This document shows, piece after piece, positions 1-8,015 of a DNA stretch of 15,524 bases. Origin of the DNA: a virus. Taxonomy: Duplodnaviria > Heunggongvirae > Uroviricota > Caudoviricetes. The notes beneath the pieces are model-generated. The model did not search any database. It was not told where the DNA came from and saw only the letters and a program-made list of their open reading frames with translations. The translations under genes were made by a program, and so were the position numbers. The stretch spans positions 1-15,524 of the IMG/VR virus record IMGVR_UViG_2645727555_000007. One strand, given 5' to 3'. Numbering within the stretch: the stretch's first letter is position 1; each line of letters begins with the position of its first letter.

Positions 1-35
1 TGGCGGCTGGATCCGTCAAGGATCCGTGCGTGCAC

Positions 36-60
36 AAAAAAACGCGCTTTTTCTGCGCGC
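36..60 (-). terminator. Candidate intrinsic terminator read on the minus strand (GC stem CGCGC/GCGCG, 7-nt loop, followed by a 7-U tract)
   Basis: Plus strand reads AAAAAAA-CGCGC-TTTTTCT-GCGCG; on the minus strand this is a hairpin followed by UUUUUUU. It lies about 330 nt downstream of the portal stop. The stem is short (5 bp), hence low confidence. Confidence 0.3.
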
Positions 61-113
61 AGGTGACGGGGGAACAGCCCGCGTTTCAGGGGGTAAATAG
101 TATTCCCTGAGCG

Positions 114-128
114 ATGTCGCAGCGACAT
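114..128. promoter_or_regulatory. Perfect 15-bp palindrome ATGTCGC-A-GCGACAT (possible dimeric protein-binding site)
   Basis: Read directly; 7-bp arms around a single central base, too tight for a hairpin loop, so operator-like. Confidence 0.2.
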
Positions 129-147
129 AACAGAATGGCCATCTTTC

Positions 148-162
148 TCACGCTGAGCGTGA
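148..162. promoter_or_regulatory. 15-bp palindrome TCACGC-TGA-GCGTGA
   Basis: Read directly; 6-bp arms with a 3-nt centre, about 34 bp from the previous palindrome. Confidence 0.2.
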
Positions 163-339
163 AAAAGATGTGAGGGCTTTTGATTTGATGGGGTGAAAGG
201 TAAGGCCGTCAAAATCGCACTGAGGCGGTGAGAACATGCAGTCAGCGCGGTGGGATTGCGTAAGAGTCTGACCGTCGATGATGGTAATAAACAGGAAAGC
301 GTCGTGAAATTATCTGATTGATACAGGAGCTGGAGAGTC

Positions 340-362
340 GGGGCATAAATTTTTTATGCCCC
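340..362. other. Strong stem-loop GGGGCATAAA-TTT-TTTATGCCCC just 3' of the portal gene
   Basis: 10-bp perfect inverted repeat with a 3-nt loop, about 28 nt past the Q stop (minus strand). No U-tract follows on either strand, so it is not a classical intrinsic terminator. Confidence 0.35.
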
Positions 363-389
363 GCCGAAGCAGCAGACAAGCGAAGCGCG

Positions 390-1436
390 TCAGGATGTGG
401 GCTGGGTGTCTAACAGTGCGTAAGGGTTAAAGCGAATCACCTCTTCGCCAAGCCAGTCATTGATGTGCTTCATGGCCTCCATGACGGGCATCAGCTCGTT
501 AATTGCGTAAACCCGCGCGGCCTTCTCCACATCACCAAACGCACTTTTTTCGCCTGGCATCGCCCCCATCAGTTGCGGCGGAACGCGGTGCGCAGCCAGC
601 ACATCATCACGGGATGCCACCTTAACATTCATGAACTCATCCTTTGCGGTGATCTGCTGGAACGGCAAAATTTGCACCCCCTCTTTGCCACCGTTGGGCG
701 CATGAATGAGCACGTTTTTAAACGCACCACCACCACGCGCACCCTGTAGCGTTTCTTTCAGGGAGTCCATGCTTTCGCGGTTTACCTGCGCTGCACCGAT
801 GTAGATGATGCACCCGGCGTGGGATCCGTTGTCGTAATACAGTTTTCTGAACATGTCCGCCGAATGAGACAGGCTGGCCGAGAGTAATGCGCCGAGATAT
901 TCCGGCATGCCGTAGATTTCCTGGTTAATGTCAGGATTCATCAGGTGGCACACTTTGCCAGGGCGAAACTGAAACGCGTCCTTGCCATCCTGCACATACC
1001 ACCATGATTCAAGATCGCTTCCGCGTCGCATGTATTTCGCCAGGGCGTGCCGTAATTTAAGCGGTTCGCCGAGCATATTGCTTCGAAGCTCAAGGAATGC
1101 GTTACCGAACACAAACCAGTCCAGCGCCAGCGCCGAGAAATCCTGCCGGGAAAGCAACGGGTGCGGGATGTAGCAACCGAGTAATACATTGCGCTTAAAG
1201 TAAAGCGCAGACTGATGCCAGGACGTTTGCCGGGCAGCTCTTGCCAGACCGTACCAGTCCACCGGGGCTTCATACCACCGCCCGTTATCAGCACAGTACA
1301 TATTGTCCAGCAGGTCATGCCCGGTCAGGCGATAAGGACCATCAAATGTGAATGCACTGAGCGATGATTCTTTCCTGAGCGCATCAGCGAGATCAATGCG
1401 TGAACTCATGCGCACTTTTTTATTTTTTCTGCTCAT
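390..1436 (-). CDS. Q: Portal (capsid portal vertex) protein, P2 gpQ-like
   Basis: 348-aa ORF, portal-like by size and sequence character, placed directly after the terminase ATPase gene on the same strand as in P2. Its start overlaps the P stop (ATGA). The exact start is uncertain (an internal Met lies 9 codons in). Confidence 0.85.
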   Translation of the reverse strand: MSRKNKKVRMSSRIDLADALRKESSLSAFTFDGPYRLTGHDLLDNMYCADNGRWYEAPVDWYGLARAARQTSWHQSALYFKRNVLLGCYIPHPLLSRQDFSALALDWFVFGNAFLELRSNMLGEPLKLRHALAKYMRRGSDLESWWYVQDGKDAFQFRPGKVCHLMNPDINQEIYGMPEYLGALLSASLSHSADMFRKLYYDNGSHAGCIIYIGAAQVNRESMDSLKETLQGARGGGAFKNVLIHAPNGGKEGVQILPFQQITAKDEFMNVKVASRDDVLAAHRVPPQLMGAMPGEKSAFGDVEKAARVYAINELMPVMEAMKHINDWLGEEVIRFNPYALLDTQPTS

Positions 1437-3187
1437 CAGAACTCCATAACCGTGAAACGCTCGTTTTCTCCTTCGCCGCCAATTGGTTCGTTAATGACAG
1501 CAAGCATGGTTGCCCACGCAAGGTCGCCGTGGCTGATCCCCCTCGCGCGGTCCGTTTCGTAAGTGATAAAGCCGCCCGGTGTTTTCACCTTACGCACGGC
1601 GTTAAAGGCCGCGACCAGCTCGCGTTCGGCGCGATCGTATTCCCACCGCCCGGCACGCATTATTTGCAGCATTTTCAGTACCAGCGACCGTTTTGATGAC
1701 AGCGTGAAGGTGTACGGAATAGCGGCAGGGAAAAACCGTTTCACTATCTGATAAACAGCCTCCCCGTTCCCGCCCGTCACATCAATGCCGATGTGTTCCA
1801 CGTTGTAGCGACACGTGAACTCTTCAATGACTCTGGCCTGTTCTTCAAACTCCAGCCCCTGAACGCGTCGCGTCTCCACCGTTCGAAAACGGCCACCAGG
1901 AACAGACGGAGGAACCACCACGGACACAGCGCCGCTGTCGCCGTTGCCACTGCTGCCGTTTGCGTCATACCCAATCCATACCGGACGATTCCCCATCGGG
2001 CGGGGAGCAAAAGGTTTCCAGTCTTTCCAGTCGTCGTATCCGTCAACACCGCAGCCAATCAGGATATTCAGGTTAAATGCCGATTCCCCTTCGCGGACAA
2101 ACTCACACATATAGAGATTGAGGAACTCGTCTTCGGTGTTTTCATCACGAATTTCGTCGATATCGGTGTGTTCCCAGCCGTGATTAACCACATCTTCCAG
2201 CGTGACAATTTGCCGCCACGTCCGGTCAGGGCAGATAAGCCCGTTATGCAGCGTTTTCCAGTCCACAGAAAAACGCTGGCGTTTATGCGTGGCCTTTTTC
2301 TCGTTCCAGCGGTCGCCGTTCCAGTAGGCGTATGCCTCGTGCGTTTCGGTGGATGGCGTGGAGAAGTAGGTGCGCCGCAGTCCGCTGAGGGTTGCCATAG
2401 CGCCAGCCACCTTGCGCAGTTCAGCAAAGCGACTGACCCAGAAAAATTCATCAAAATAAAAATTGCCCGTATAGGACTGTGCCGACGCAGCAGAAGTGCC
2501 GAGAAAATGCAGCTCTGCGCCGTTGGAGAGGATGATTTTATCGCCCCCTTTCAGCTCCACATCAACTTCAGCCGCGGCCTTCTGAATAATGCTTTTAAAC
2601 TGGAACGCCTGACGACGCGACGCAGACAAAAAAATCTGGTTACGCTGGTAAGGTTGCGCCACATCGTCACGCAGCGCCATCAGCAGCGCTTCCTGTGCAA
2701 AATACCAGGTCGCCCCAATCTGTCGGGATTTCAGGATCATCCTGTTACGTATCCCTGCTTCCCTGCAAAGGGTCAGGGAGTCAAACCAGCCCCGCTGATG
2801 CCACTCCAGCCTGCTGATGATTTTTTCCCGCAGTGCGGCAATCTGTTCCGGCGTGAAATGATTTTTAAGCTTTTTCGCCCGGCCTTTCTTTCCTGTGGCC
2901 GTCGCATCCGGCTGGCCATCATGCAGTTTTTTAAGCTGCCGGGCCAGCAGGTCTATTTCCTTGAAGTCACCACCTGTTTTATTCTGTTTTTCAGTGAGCT
3001 GGATGAGGCGCGCATCGATGGACTGCGTGACACGCTGCACGGGTGGCATTTCATCCCACTGGTCGCGTTTTTTCCACGCATAAATCGTGTTCGGGTTTAT
3101 TCCCATCAGACGTGATATTTCTGCGGGCGGATAACCCTGCCAGTAAAGTTGCCGCGCACGCTGGCGCACAAAAGCGTCCTGAATCAT
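1436..3187 (-). CDS. P: Terminase large (ATPase) subunit, P2 gpP-like
   Basis: 583-aa ORF (P2 gpP is about 590 aa), divergently oriented to the capsid operon as in P2, with terminase-like N-terminal and nuclease-like C-terminal sequence character. Confidence 0.9.
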   Translation of the reverse strand: MIQDAFVRQRARQLYWQGYPPAEISRLMGINPNTIYAWKKRDQWDEMPPVQRVTQSIDARLIQLTEKQNKTGGDFKEIDLLARQLKKLHDGQPDATATGKKGRAKKLKNHFTPEQIAALREKIISRLEWHQRGWFDSLTLCREAGIRNRMILKSRQIGATWYFAQEALLMALRDDVAQPYQRNQIFLSASRRQAFQFKSIIQKAAAEVDVELKGGDKIILSNGAELHFLGTSAASAQSYTGNFYFDEFFWVSRFAELRKVAGAMATLSGLRRTYFSTPSTETHEAYAYWNGDRWNEKKATHKRQRFSVDWKTLHNGLICPDRTWRQIVTLEDVVNHGWEHTDIDEIRDENTEDEFLNLYMCEFVREGESAFNLNILIGCGVDGYDDWKDWKPFAPRPMGNRPVWIGYDANGSSGNGDSGAVSVVVPPSVPGGRFRTVETRRVQGLEFEEQARVIEEFTCRYNVEHIGIDVTGGNGEAVYQIVKRFFPAAIPYTFTLSSKRSLVLKMLQIMRAGRWEYDRAERELVAAFNAVRKVKTPGGFITYETDRARGISHGDLAWATMLAVINEPIGGEGENERFTVMEF

Positions 3188-3341
3188 TGCTCCCCCTGAG
3201 TAATTACAGGAAGATTACCCGCGCGCGAAACTGTTCTCCTTAACCCCCTGTTCTGGCTGTTTTCTTACAACAAAAGCCCTTTGTATCAGCCTGTTACGCT
3301 TTGCCATCATGACTGAAGAACCAGTCAGAGGGGCAAAAACT
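3188..3341. promoter_or_regulatory. Divergent late-promoter region between P (leftward) and O (rightward)
   Basis: Only sizeable intergenic gap between the divergent Q-P and O-N-M-L operons, which is where P2 has its PP/PO Ogr-activated late promoters. It contains a CTGTTCT direct repeat (3231-3237 and 3248-3254). No perfect TGT-N12-ACA activator dyad was found by eye. Confidence 0.4.
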
Positions 3342-4178
3342 ATGGCTAATGAAAAAAAGACATCCCGCAAAAAGTTTCGCGTGGCTGTCTCCGGTGTAAC
3401 GGCAGACGGGCGCGAAATCAACGGCGACATGCTGAAAGCTGCCGCCACCAGTTATAACCCGTCCGTTTATGGTGCACGTGTGAATATTGAGCACATCCTG
3501 TCACCACTCCCCGGTAGCGAGTTTTCCGCTATGGGCGATGTTGTGGGGTTGAGCACCGAAGACATAACCGATGGCCCGCTGGCAGGCCGCACGGCACTGT
3601 ATGCCGAAATTGAGCCGACCGCTCGCATGATGTCCCTGCTTAACGATGGTAAAAAAATTTACTCCAGTATTGAGCTGGAACCACAGTCAACCATCACGGG
3701 AGGCCCTTACCTGCGCGGGCTGGCAATGACCGACACCCCTGCCAGCCTGGGCACGGAACGTCTGGCCTTTGCGGCACAACAACGTATGCAACTGATGACA
3801 TTCAACTGTCAGCAGGGAGACGTGGCGATGTTTACCGCCGCTATGGAGTCAGAACTTATCGAACTCACCGAACAACGTCAGGAAGAAGGCACCCAGTGGT
3901 TTAACCGCGTTATGGGGATTATTGGCCGTGGCCGCAAAGCGGATGACGCCAGTTTCTCCCGTATTCAGGAAGCGGTGGAAGGTGTCGCAACGTCACAGGC
4001 CGACATTATCGACCGTTTTAATGCGCTGGAAACCCGCCATCAGCAGGACAGCCAGAAAATCACTTTACTGACCACAGAGCTGACAGCACTGAAGGAAAAA
4101 CTGCGCACGCAGGACGGCGATCCGCAGAACCGGTTCACCGCAACGGGCGCAGCCTCCGATCAACTGGCTGACTTCTGA
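3342..4178 (+). CDS. O: Capsid scaffolding protein, P2 gpO-like
   Basis: The ORF track starts at 3309, but the ATG at 3342 is preceded by AGAGGGG with good spacing and gives an N-terminus (MANEKKTSRKKFRVAVSGVTADGR...) of the gpO type. Its position before the major capsid gene matches P2. Confidence 0.8.
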   Translation: MANEKKTSRKKFRVAVSGVTADGREINGDMLKAAATSYNPSVYGARVNIEHILSPLPGSEFSAMGDVVGLSTEDITDGPLAGRTALYAEIEPTARMMSLLNDGKKIYSSIELEPQSTITGGPYLRGLAMTDTPASLGTERLAFAAQQRMQLMTFNCQQGDVAMFTAAMESELIELTEQRQEEGTQWFNRVMGIIGRGRKADDASFSRIQEAVEGVATSQADIIDRFNALETRHQQDSQKITLLTTELTALKEKLRTQDGDPQNRFTATGAASDQLADF

Positions 4179-4201
4179 TAAGACAAAGGAGCAAATTTTT
4201 T

Positions 4202-5254
4202 ATGAATCTGGTGATGTCAGATATTACCCGCAACAAGCTGGGTTGCTATATGGCGCAGCAGGCGTCGCTTAACAACATCCCGGTATCTGCACTGGTATCG
4301 CGATTTACCGTGGAACCCTCGGTGCAGCAGCGTTTTGAAAACGCAGTAAAGGAGAGCACTGAATTTACAAAAAAAATTAACGTGTTCGGTGTGACCGACC
4401 AGAAAGGCGAAAAAATCCTCCTGGACACCACCGGGCCGATTGCGCGCACGAATACCAGTTATGACGGCACAAAACGCCGTAACCCGAATAACGTGGTTGA
4501 TCTGAAAAACCGTAAATATCAGTGCGAACAGGTGAACTACGACACGTTTATTTCGTATCCGCAGCTTGATGCCTGGGCGGCACACCCTGATTTTCAGTCA
4601 CGCGTCAGCACACAGATTGCCCGGCAGGTGGCGCTTGACCGCATCATGATCGGTTTCAACGGCACGTCTCACGCAGATGAGTCCAACTTCAGCACCAACA
4701 AGCTGCTTCAGGACGTTAACGTGGGATGGCTGGAGCACATCAGAACCGACGCCAGCGAGCGCGTAATGAATGACGTGACGCTGACCTCCCGCAACATGGA
4801 CAACACCGTGGCGCACGCGGGTAAGTATGCGAACGCTGATGCACTGGTACAGGACGCGCGCTCATCCCTGCTGGATGAATGGCACAAGGAAGCTGACGAC
4901 CTCGTGGTGATTATGGGGCGCAACCTGTTTAACTCGCTGCGTCTGCCCGTGCTGAACAGCATCAGCGGCCAGAATCCCAATGCGGAATTACTTGCCGGAC
5001 AGCTCATCCTGTCATCGCGCGCCATTGGCGGACTGGATGTATTCCTTGCGCCGTTCTTCCCGGATTCAACGATGCTGATCACCTCGTTCAACAACCTGTC
5101 GATTTACTGGCAGAAAGGAACAATGCGTCGCCTGATGAAAGACGAGCCGGAATACAACCGCATCGCCACCTACCAGTCCATCAATGACGCTTATGTCGTT
5201 GAAGACTATGGCAAGTGCGCGATGGTCACTGGCCTGAAGTTCGCCGACAGCTAA
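4202..5254 (+). CDS. N: Major capsid protein, P2 gpN-like
   Basis: 350-aa ORF with AAGGAG upstream and gpN-type motifs (FTVEPSV, GFNG, VGWLE, LVVIMGRNL, VVEDY). It sits between the scaffold and small-terminase genes. Confidence 0.9.
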   Translation: MNLVMSDITRNKLGCYMAQQASLNNIPVSALVSRFTVEPSVQQRFENAVKESTEFTKKINVFGVTDQKGEKILLDTTGPIARTNTSYDGTKRRNPNNVVDLKNRKYQCEQVNYDTFISYPQLDAWAAHPDFQSRVSTQIARQVALDRIMIGFNGTSHADESNFSTNKLLQDVNVGWLEHIRTDASERVMNDVTLTSRNMDNTVAHAGKYANADALVQDARSSLLDEWHKEADDLVVIMGRNLFNSLRLPVLNSISGQNPNAELLAGQLILSSRAIGGLDVFLAPFFPDSTMLITSFNNLSIYWQKGTMRRLMKDEPEYNRIATYQSINDAYVVEDYGKCAMVTGLKFADS

Positions 5255-5263
5255 TCAACTCAC

Positions 5264-5282
5264 GGCGGGCATCATGCCCGCC
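5264..5282 (+). other. Stem-loop GGCGGGCA-TCA-TGCCCGCC immediately after the major capsid gene
   Basis: 8-bp GC-rich perfect stem with a 3-nt loop, 10 nt after the N stop. It is followed by GGAGAG and the M start rather than a U-tract, so it may be an mRNA stability or attenuation element. Confidence 0.4.
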
Positions 5283-5299
5283 TGTAACGGAGAGAAAAA

Positions 5300-6100
5300 A
5301 TGATTACTCCTGCACAGCAACACTGGCAGAACGTGATGGCACAGCGCGCAGGCCGGGCGAATGAAGGCGTGGACCACGCCGCGCGTACCGCGCATGAAGA
5401 GGTGCTGTATCGTCTGCGTCTGGCACAGGCCCGACTTAAGGGCGTACAGGCCAGAAGCGCGAAAGCCGCCATCAAAAAAGAGTTGTTGCCGGACTTTTCC
5501 GGCTGGATTGAGGGAACGCTGGAGGCTGACGGCGGGCAGCAAGATGAAGTGATTGCCACGCTGATGGTGTGGGCAATTGACTGCGGCGATCTTCCGCTGG
5601 CGCTGCGTATTGGTGCGTATGTGGTCCGTCACAACCTCATCATGCCGGATAACTTTGGCCGTACTGCTGCCACGGTACTGACCGAAGAAATCTGTAATCC
5701 GGTACTGACGCAGGCCGGGACGGATGCCGACGCGGATTTGTCCGCCTTTATCGAACCACTGGACACCCTCCGGGAGATTGTCACCGACCAGGACATGCCG
5801 GACGAAGTGCGCGCCAAATTATGCAAGGCGTGCGCCTTTGCCCGTCGTGGCCTGACCGATGCGGACAGCATGGCCTCATCACTGAAGCTGCTGCGCGAAG
5901 CGATGCACCTGAACCCGAACGCAGGTGTGAAACGCGAGATTGCAACCCTTTCCCGCGCCCTGAAAAAAGCCGATTCCGCAGCCGCACCAGAAGATGCCAG
6001 CACACCGCAGGCGCAGGACGAAAGCAGCAAAAGTAAAAAGACAACGCGGAAGCCTACAACACGAAAAACCACCGCGACGCAGAAGGCGAAGCGCGGTTAA
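5300..6100 (+). CDS. M: Terminase small (endonuclease) subunit, P2 gpM-like
   Basis: 266-aa ORF containing MPDEVRAKL and a basic Lys/Arg/Thr-rich C-terminal tail, as I recall for P2 gpM. GGAGAG lies 5 nt upstream. Confidence 0.85.
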   Translation: MITPAQQHWQNVMAQRAGRANEGVDHAARTAHEEVLYRLRLAQARLKGVQARSAKAAIKKELLPDFSGWIEGTLEADGGQQDEVIATLMVWAIDCGDLPLALRIGAYVVRHNLIMPDNFGRTAATVLTEEICNPVLTQAGTDADADLSAFIEPLDTLREIVTDQDMPDEVRAKLCKACAFARRGLTDADSMASSLKLLREAMHLNPNAGVKREIATLSRALKKADSAAAPEDASTPQAQDESSKSKKTTRKPTTRKTTATQKAKRG

Positions 6101-6116
6101 CGACTGACCCCGTCAG

Positions 6117-6188
6117 CGGGCGGCGTGCGCGGTGTTCCGGTTTGACTCCGTGACCGTTTACACCGCACACCCACCGCCCGATTTTTTC
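6117..6188 (+). terminator. Long imperfect hairpin followed by a T-tract in the M-L intergenic region (attenuator or partial terminator candidate)
   Basis: CGGGCGGCGTGCGCGGTG (6117-6134) pairs with CACCGCACACCCACCGCCCG (6161-6180) with a few mismatches, followed by ATTTTTTC and then AGGAG and the L start. Confidence 0.3.
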
Positions 6189-6201
6189 AGGAGTGAACCC
6201 C

Positions 6202-6696
6202 ATGAGTATGGTTGCCAGAACCAACCCCGGCCCCGCAGAGGACGACATCACCGATACCGATGATGGTGATACCCGTATTTCAGCGGGCGCATTCTGGCCG
6301 GATATTGTGCTGCGTGAGCTGCGTCTGGCGATACGACTGCCGGGCCGTGTGACCACCTCCCGCCTGCTGCATACCGCCACCGGGGCCGTGGCACACGTTA
6401 CCCGCGAGCTGAAAGCGTGGCAGCAGGAACAGCAGGCGGCTGGCCATCAGACGCTGGCCGATGTTCCGGCACCCGTAATTAACGGAGAAAGCGTCAATCT
6501 CTGGCACTGGCGCAATGCTGTTTATACCGCCACGCGCGCCCTGATTCTGGAGCGTTATCGTGATGCAGACACAACGGACAAGGGCGACCGCCGGGCGGAC
6601 GCTCTGGATATACAGACATCGGATTTGTGGCGTGATGTGAGCTGGGCCATCTCTGACATTCTGTGCCGCCCGCGAATCTTTGCGGAGTTGTGCTGA
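6202..6696 (+). CDS. L: Head completion/stabilisation protein, P2 gpL-like
   Basis: About 164 aa from the ATG at 6202, which has AGGAG 8 nt upstream (the ORF track start at 6193 is a GTG). Position and size match P2 gpL; its stop overlaps the X start. Confidence 0.8.
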   Translation: MSMVARTNPGPAEDDITDTDDGDTRISAGAFWPDIVLRELRLAIRLPGRVTTSRLLHTATGAVAHVTRELKAWQQEQQAAGHQTLADVPAPVINGESVNLWHWRNAVYTATRALILERYRDADTTDKGDRRADALDIQTSDLWRDVSWAISDILCRPRIFAELC

Positions 6697-6896
6697 TGAA
6701 AGTGAAGGCACTGGAAGGCGACACCGTGGATTCGCTCTGTTTCCGGTACTACGGCACGACGCAGGGCGTCACCGAAAAGGTGCTGGATGCCAACCCCGGA
6801 CTCTGTCAGCAGGTATTTCTGGACGCCGGGCAGGAAGTGGAGATGCCGGAGCCGGAGAAGAAGAAACGAGAAATGATTCAGTTGTGGGGGGAGTAG
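6696..6896 (+). CDS. X: Tail protein X (LysM-like), P2 gpX-like
   Basis: 66-aa product MKVKALEGDTVDSLCFRYYGTTQGV...ANPGL...LWGE, clearly alignable to P2 gpX as I recall it. The track ORF 6663..6896 shares this frame with an upstream alternative start. Confidence 0.8.
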   Translation: MKVKALEGDTVDSLCFRYYGTTQGVTEKVLDANPGLCQQVFLDAGQEVEMPEPEKKKREMIQLWGE

Positions 6897-6898
6897 CA

Positions 6899-7222
6899 GT
6901 GAGCACCATTCAAACAGGGATCACAGAGCAGGTTATTGCGTGGCTCTTTGACCACCTGCCAACGGTGTATGCAGTAGGCGCGGCGGTCAGCATTTCCGCG
7001 CTGATGAGTCTTTATGACGGACGAACACTGGTTCAGACCGTAACGGGATCGCTGGCGTGCGGCGTTCTTGCCATGGCCGTGGCCGGGTCGTTGCGCTTCT
7101 TCGGGTTTCCTGAAGATGCCGTGACGTTTATCGGCGCATCAATCGGTTTTATGGGCGCAGAGAAAGCACGCGACAAGGTTATTGCGGCCTTTAATCGCAG
7201 GGTGAAGGAGAAGGACGAATGA
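6899..7222 (+). CDS. Holin (multi-TM small membrane protein)
   Basis: GTG start with a strong GGGGGAG site 7 nt upstream. The 107-aa product has 2-3 hydrophobic segments and a charged C-terminus (KEKDE), and sits immediately upstream of the endolysin. The track ORF from 6680 is an upstream read-through of the same frame. Confidence 0.65.
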   Translation: MSTIQTGITEQVIAWLFDHLPTVYAVGAAVSISALMSLYDGRTLVQTVTGSLACGVLAMAVAGSLRFFGFPEDAVTFIGASIGFMGAEKARDKVIAAFNRRVKEKDE

Positions 7223-7611
7223 GCAACACATTTAAATTCAGCAGCCGGAGCGAAAAGAATTTGCAGGGCGTAAATCCTGATCTGGTGAAAGTGACCCGAC
7301 GGGCACTGGAAATCTCGGAAGTGGATTTTGGTATCACCGAAGGGTTGCGCAGCCGTTACCGCCAGAAACAACTTGTGGCCACAGGTAAGAGCCAGACCAT
7401 GAACAGCCGCCACCTTACGGGGCATGCCGTGGATGTTGTGGCTTATATCGGCAGCCAGGTGTCATGGGAATGGCCGCTGTACGAAAAAATCGCAGCAGCA
7501 TTCAGACAGGCCAGCCGGGAACTGAATATTCCGGTGGAATGGGGCGGCGACTGGAAGACCCTGAAAGACGGACCGCATTTTCAGTTACCACACGGAGCCT
7601 ATCCGGCATGA
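7219..7611 (+). CDS. Endolysin, peptidase M15 (VanY/L-Ala-D-Glu peptidase)-like
   Basis: 130-aa protein with SRHLTGHAVDV and a later DGPHFQ His, fitting the H-x6-D...H zinc-peptidase pattern of M15-family phage endolysins. ATGA overlap with the holin stop. Confidence 0.7.
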   Translation: MSNTFKFSSRSEKNLQGVNPDLVKVTRRALEISEVDFGITEGLRSRYRQKQLVATGKSQTMNSRHLTGHAVDVVAYIGSQVSWEWPLYEKIAAAFRQASRELNIPVEWGGDWKTLKDGPHFQLPHGAYPA

Positions 7612-8015
7612 AGCTCTGGCCCACGCTGGGCGTCGCTTTCCTTCTGATTGCCGCATGGGGAACATCCATGCGTCTGTCGTGGTCGCTGGGCTGGGAGAAC
7701 GCCAGAAACGAAGCGCAGGCCAGCGCTCTGAAAAGTACCGTCGACACTCTGAATATCATCAGCACCGGGGTACAGGATATGCAGCAGGTGCTGGCGCAAC
7801 TCCGCGTGGAAAATCAACAGCGAAATCAGGACGGAGAGGCCAGACGTGAACAGCTACGCAACGATATTGCAAAAGATGAATGCGCCCACGCTTTGCCTGA
7901 CGCTCGTTTTACTGACAGGTTGCGCAGACACGCAGAACGCGCCACGGCCAGCGCCGTCAGTCCGGCTTATACCGCAGACGCTGACCATACCGGTAACGCC
8001 TCCCCCCTTCCCTGA
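7608..8015 (+). CDS. i-spanin (Rz/LysB-like inner-membrane spanin)
   Basis: ATG at 7608 overlaps the endolysin stop. The product has an N-terminal TM segment (LWPTLGVAFLLIAAWG) followed by a charged, coiled-coil-like periplasmic region. The track ORF from 7464 is an in-frame upstream extension. Confidence 0.7.
   Translation: MKLWPTLGVAFLLIAAWGTSMRLSWSLGWENARNEAQASALKSTVDTLNIISTGVQDMQQVLAQLRVENQQRNQDGEARREQLRNDIAKDECAHALPDARFTDRLRRHAERATASAVSPAYTADADHTGNASPLP

Noticed and set aside
340-370. Partial resemblance (CCCCGCC...) to the P2/186-type 19-nt cos sequence
   Set aside because: Only about 7 of 19 positions match my recollection of GGCGAGGCGGGGAAAGCAC or its complement, which is too weak to call a cos site.
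1793-3115. 440-aa plus-strand ORF
   Set aside because: Lies entirely antisense within the well-supported terminase gene P. It is Arg/Pro/His-rich with no recognisable domain, typical of a shadow ORF in GC-rich coding DNA.
3188-3341. Search for a canonical TGT-N12-ACA late-activator dyad
   Set aside because: No instance with exactly 12-nt spacing was found by eye in the P-O intergenic region; only half-sites at other spacings. Reported as a promoter region without a site call.
5629-6072. 147-aa minus-strand ORF (and other 60-140-aa antisense ORFs throughout)
   Set aside because: Antisense to the small terminase gene M. The many similar short antisense ORFs in the track overlap conserved structural genes, have low-complexity Arg/Ser/Cys-rich translations and lack ribosome-binding sites.
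7464-8015. 183-aa version of the i-spanin ORF and 6680..7222 180-aa version of the holin ORF
   Set aside because: These are upstream in-frame extensions overlapping the preceding genes. The shorter starts (ATG 7608, GTG 6899) have Shine-Dalgarno sites and the expected stop/start overlaps.
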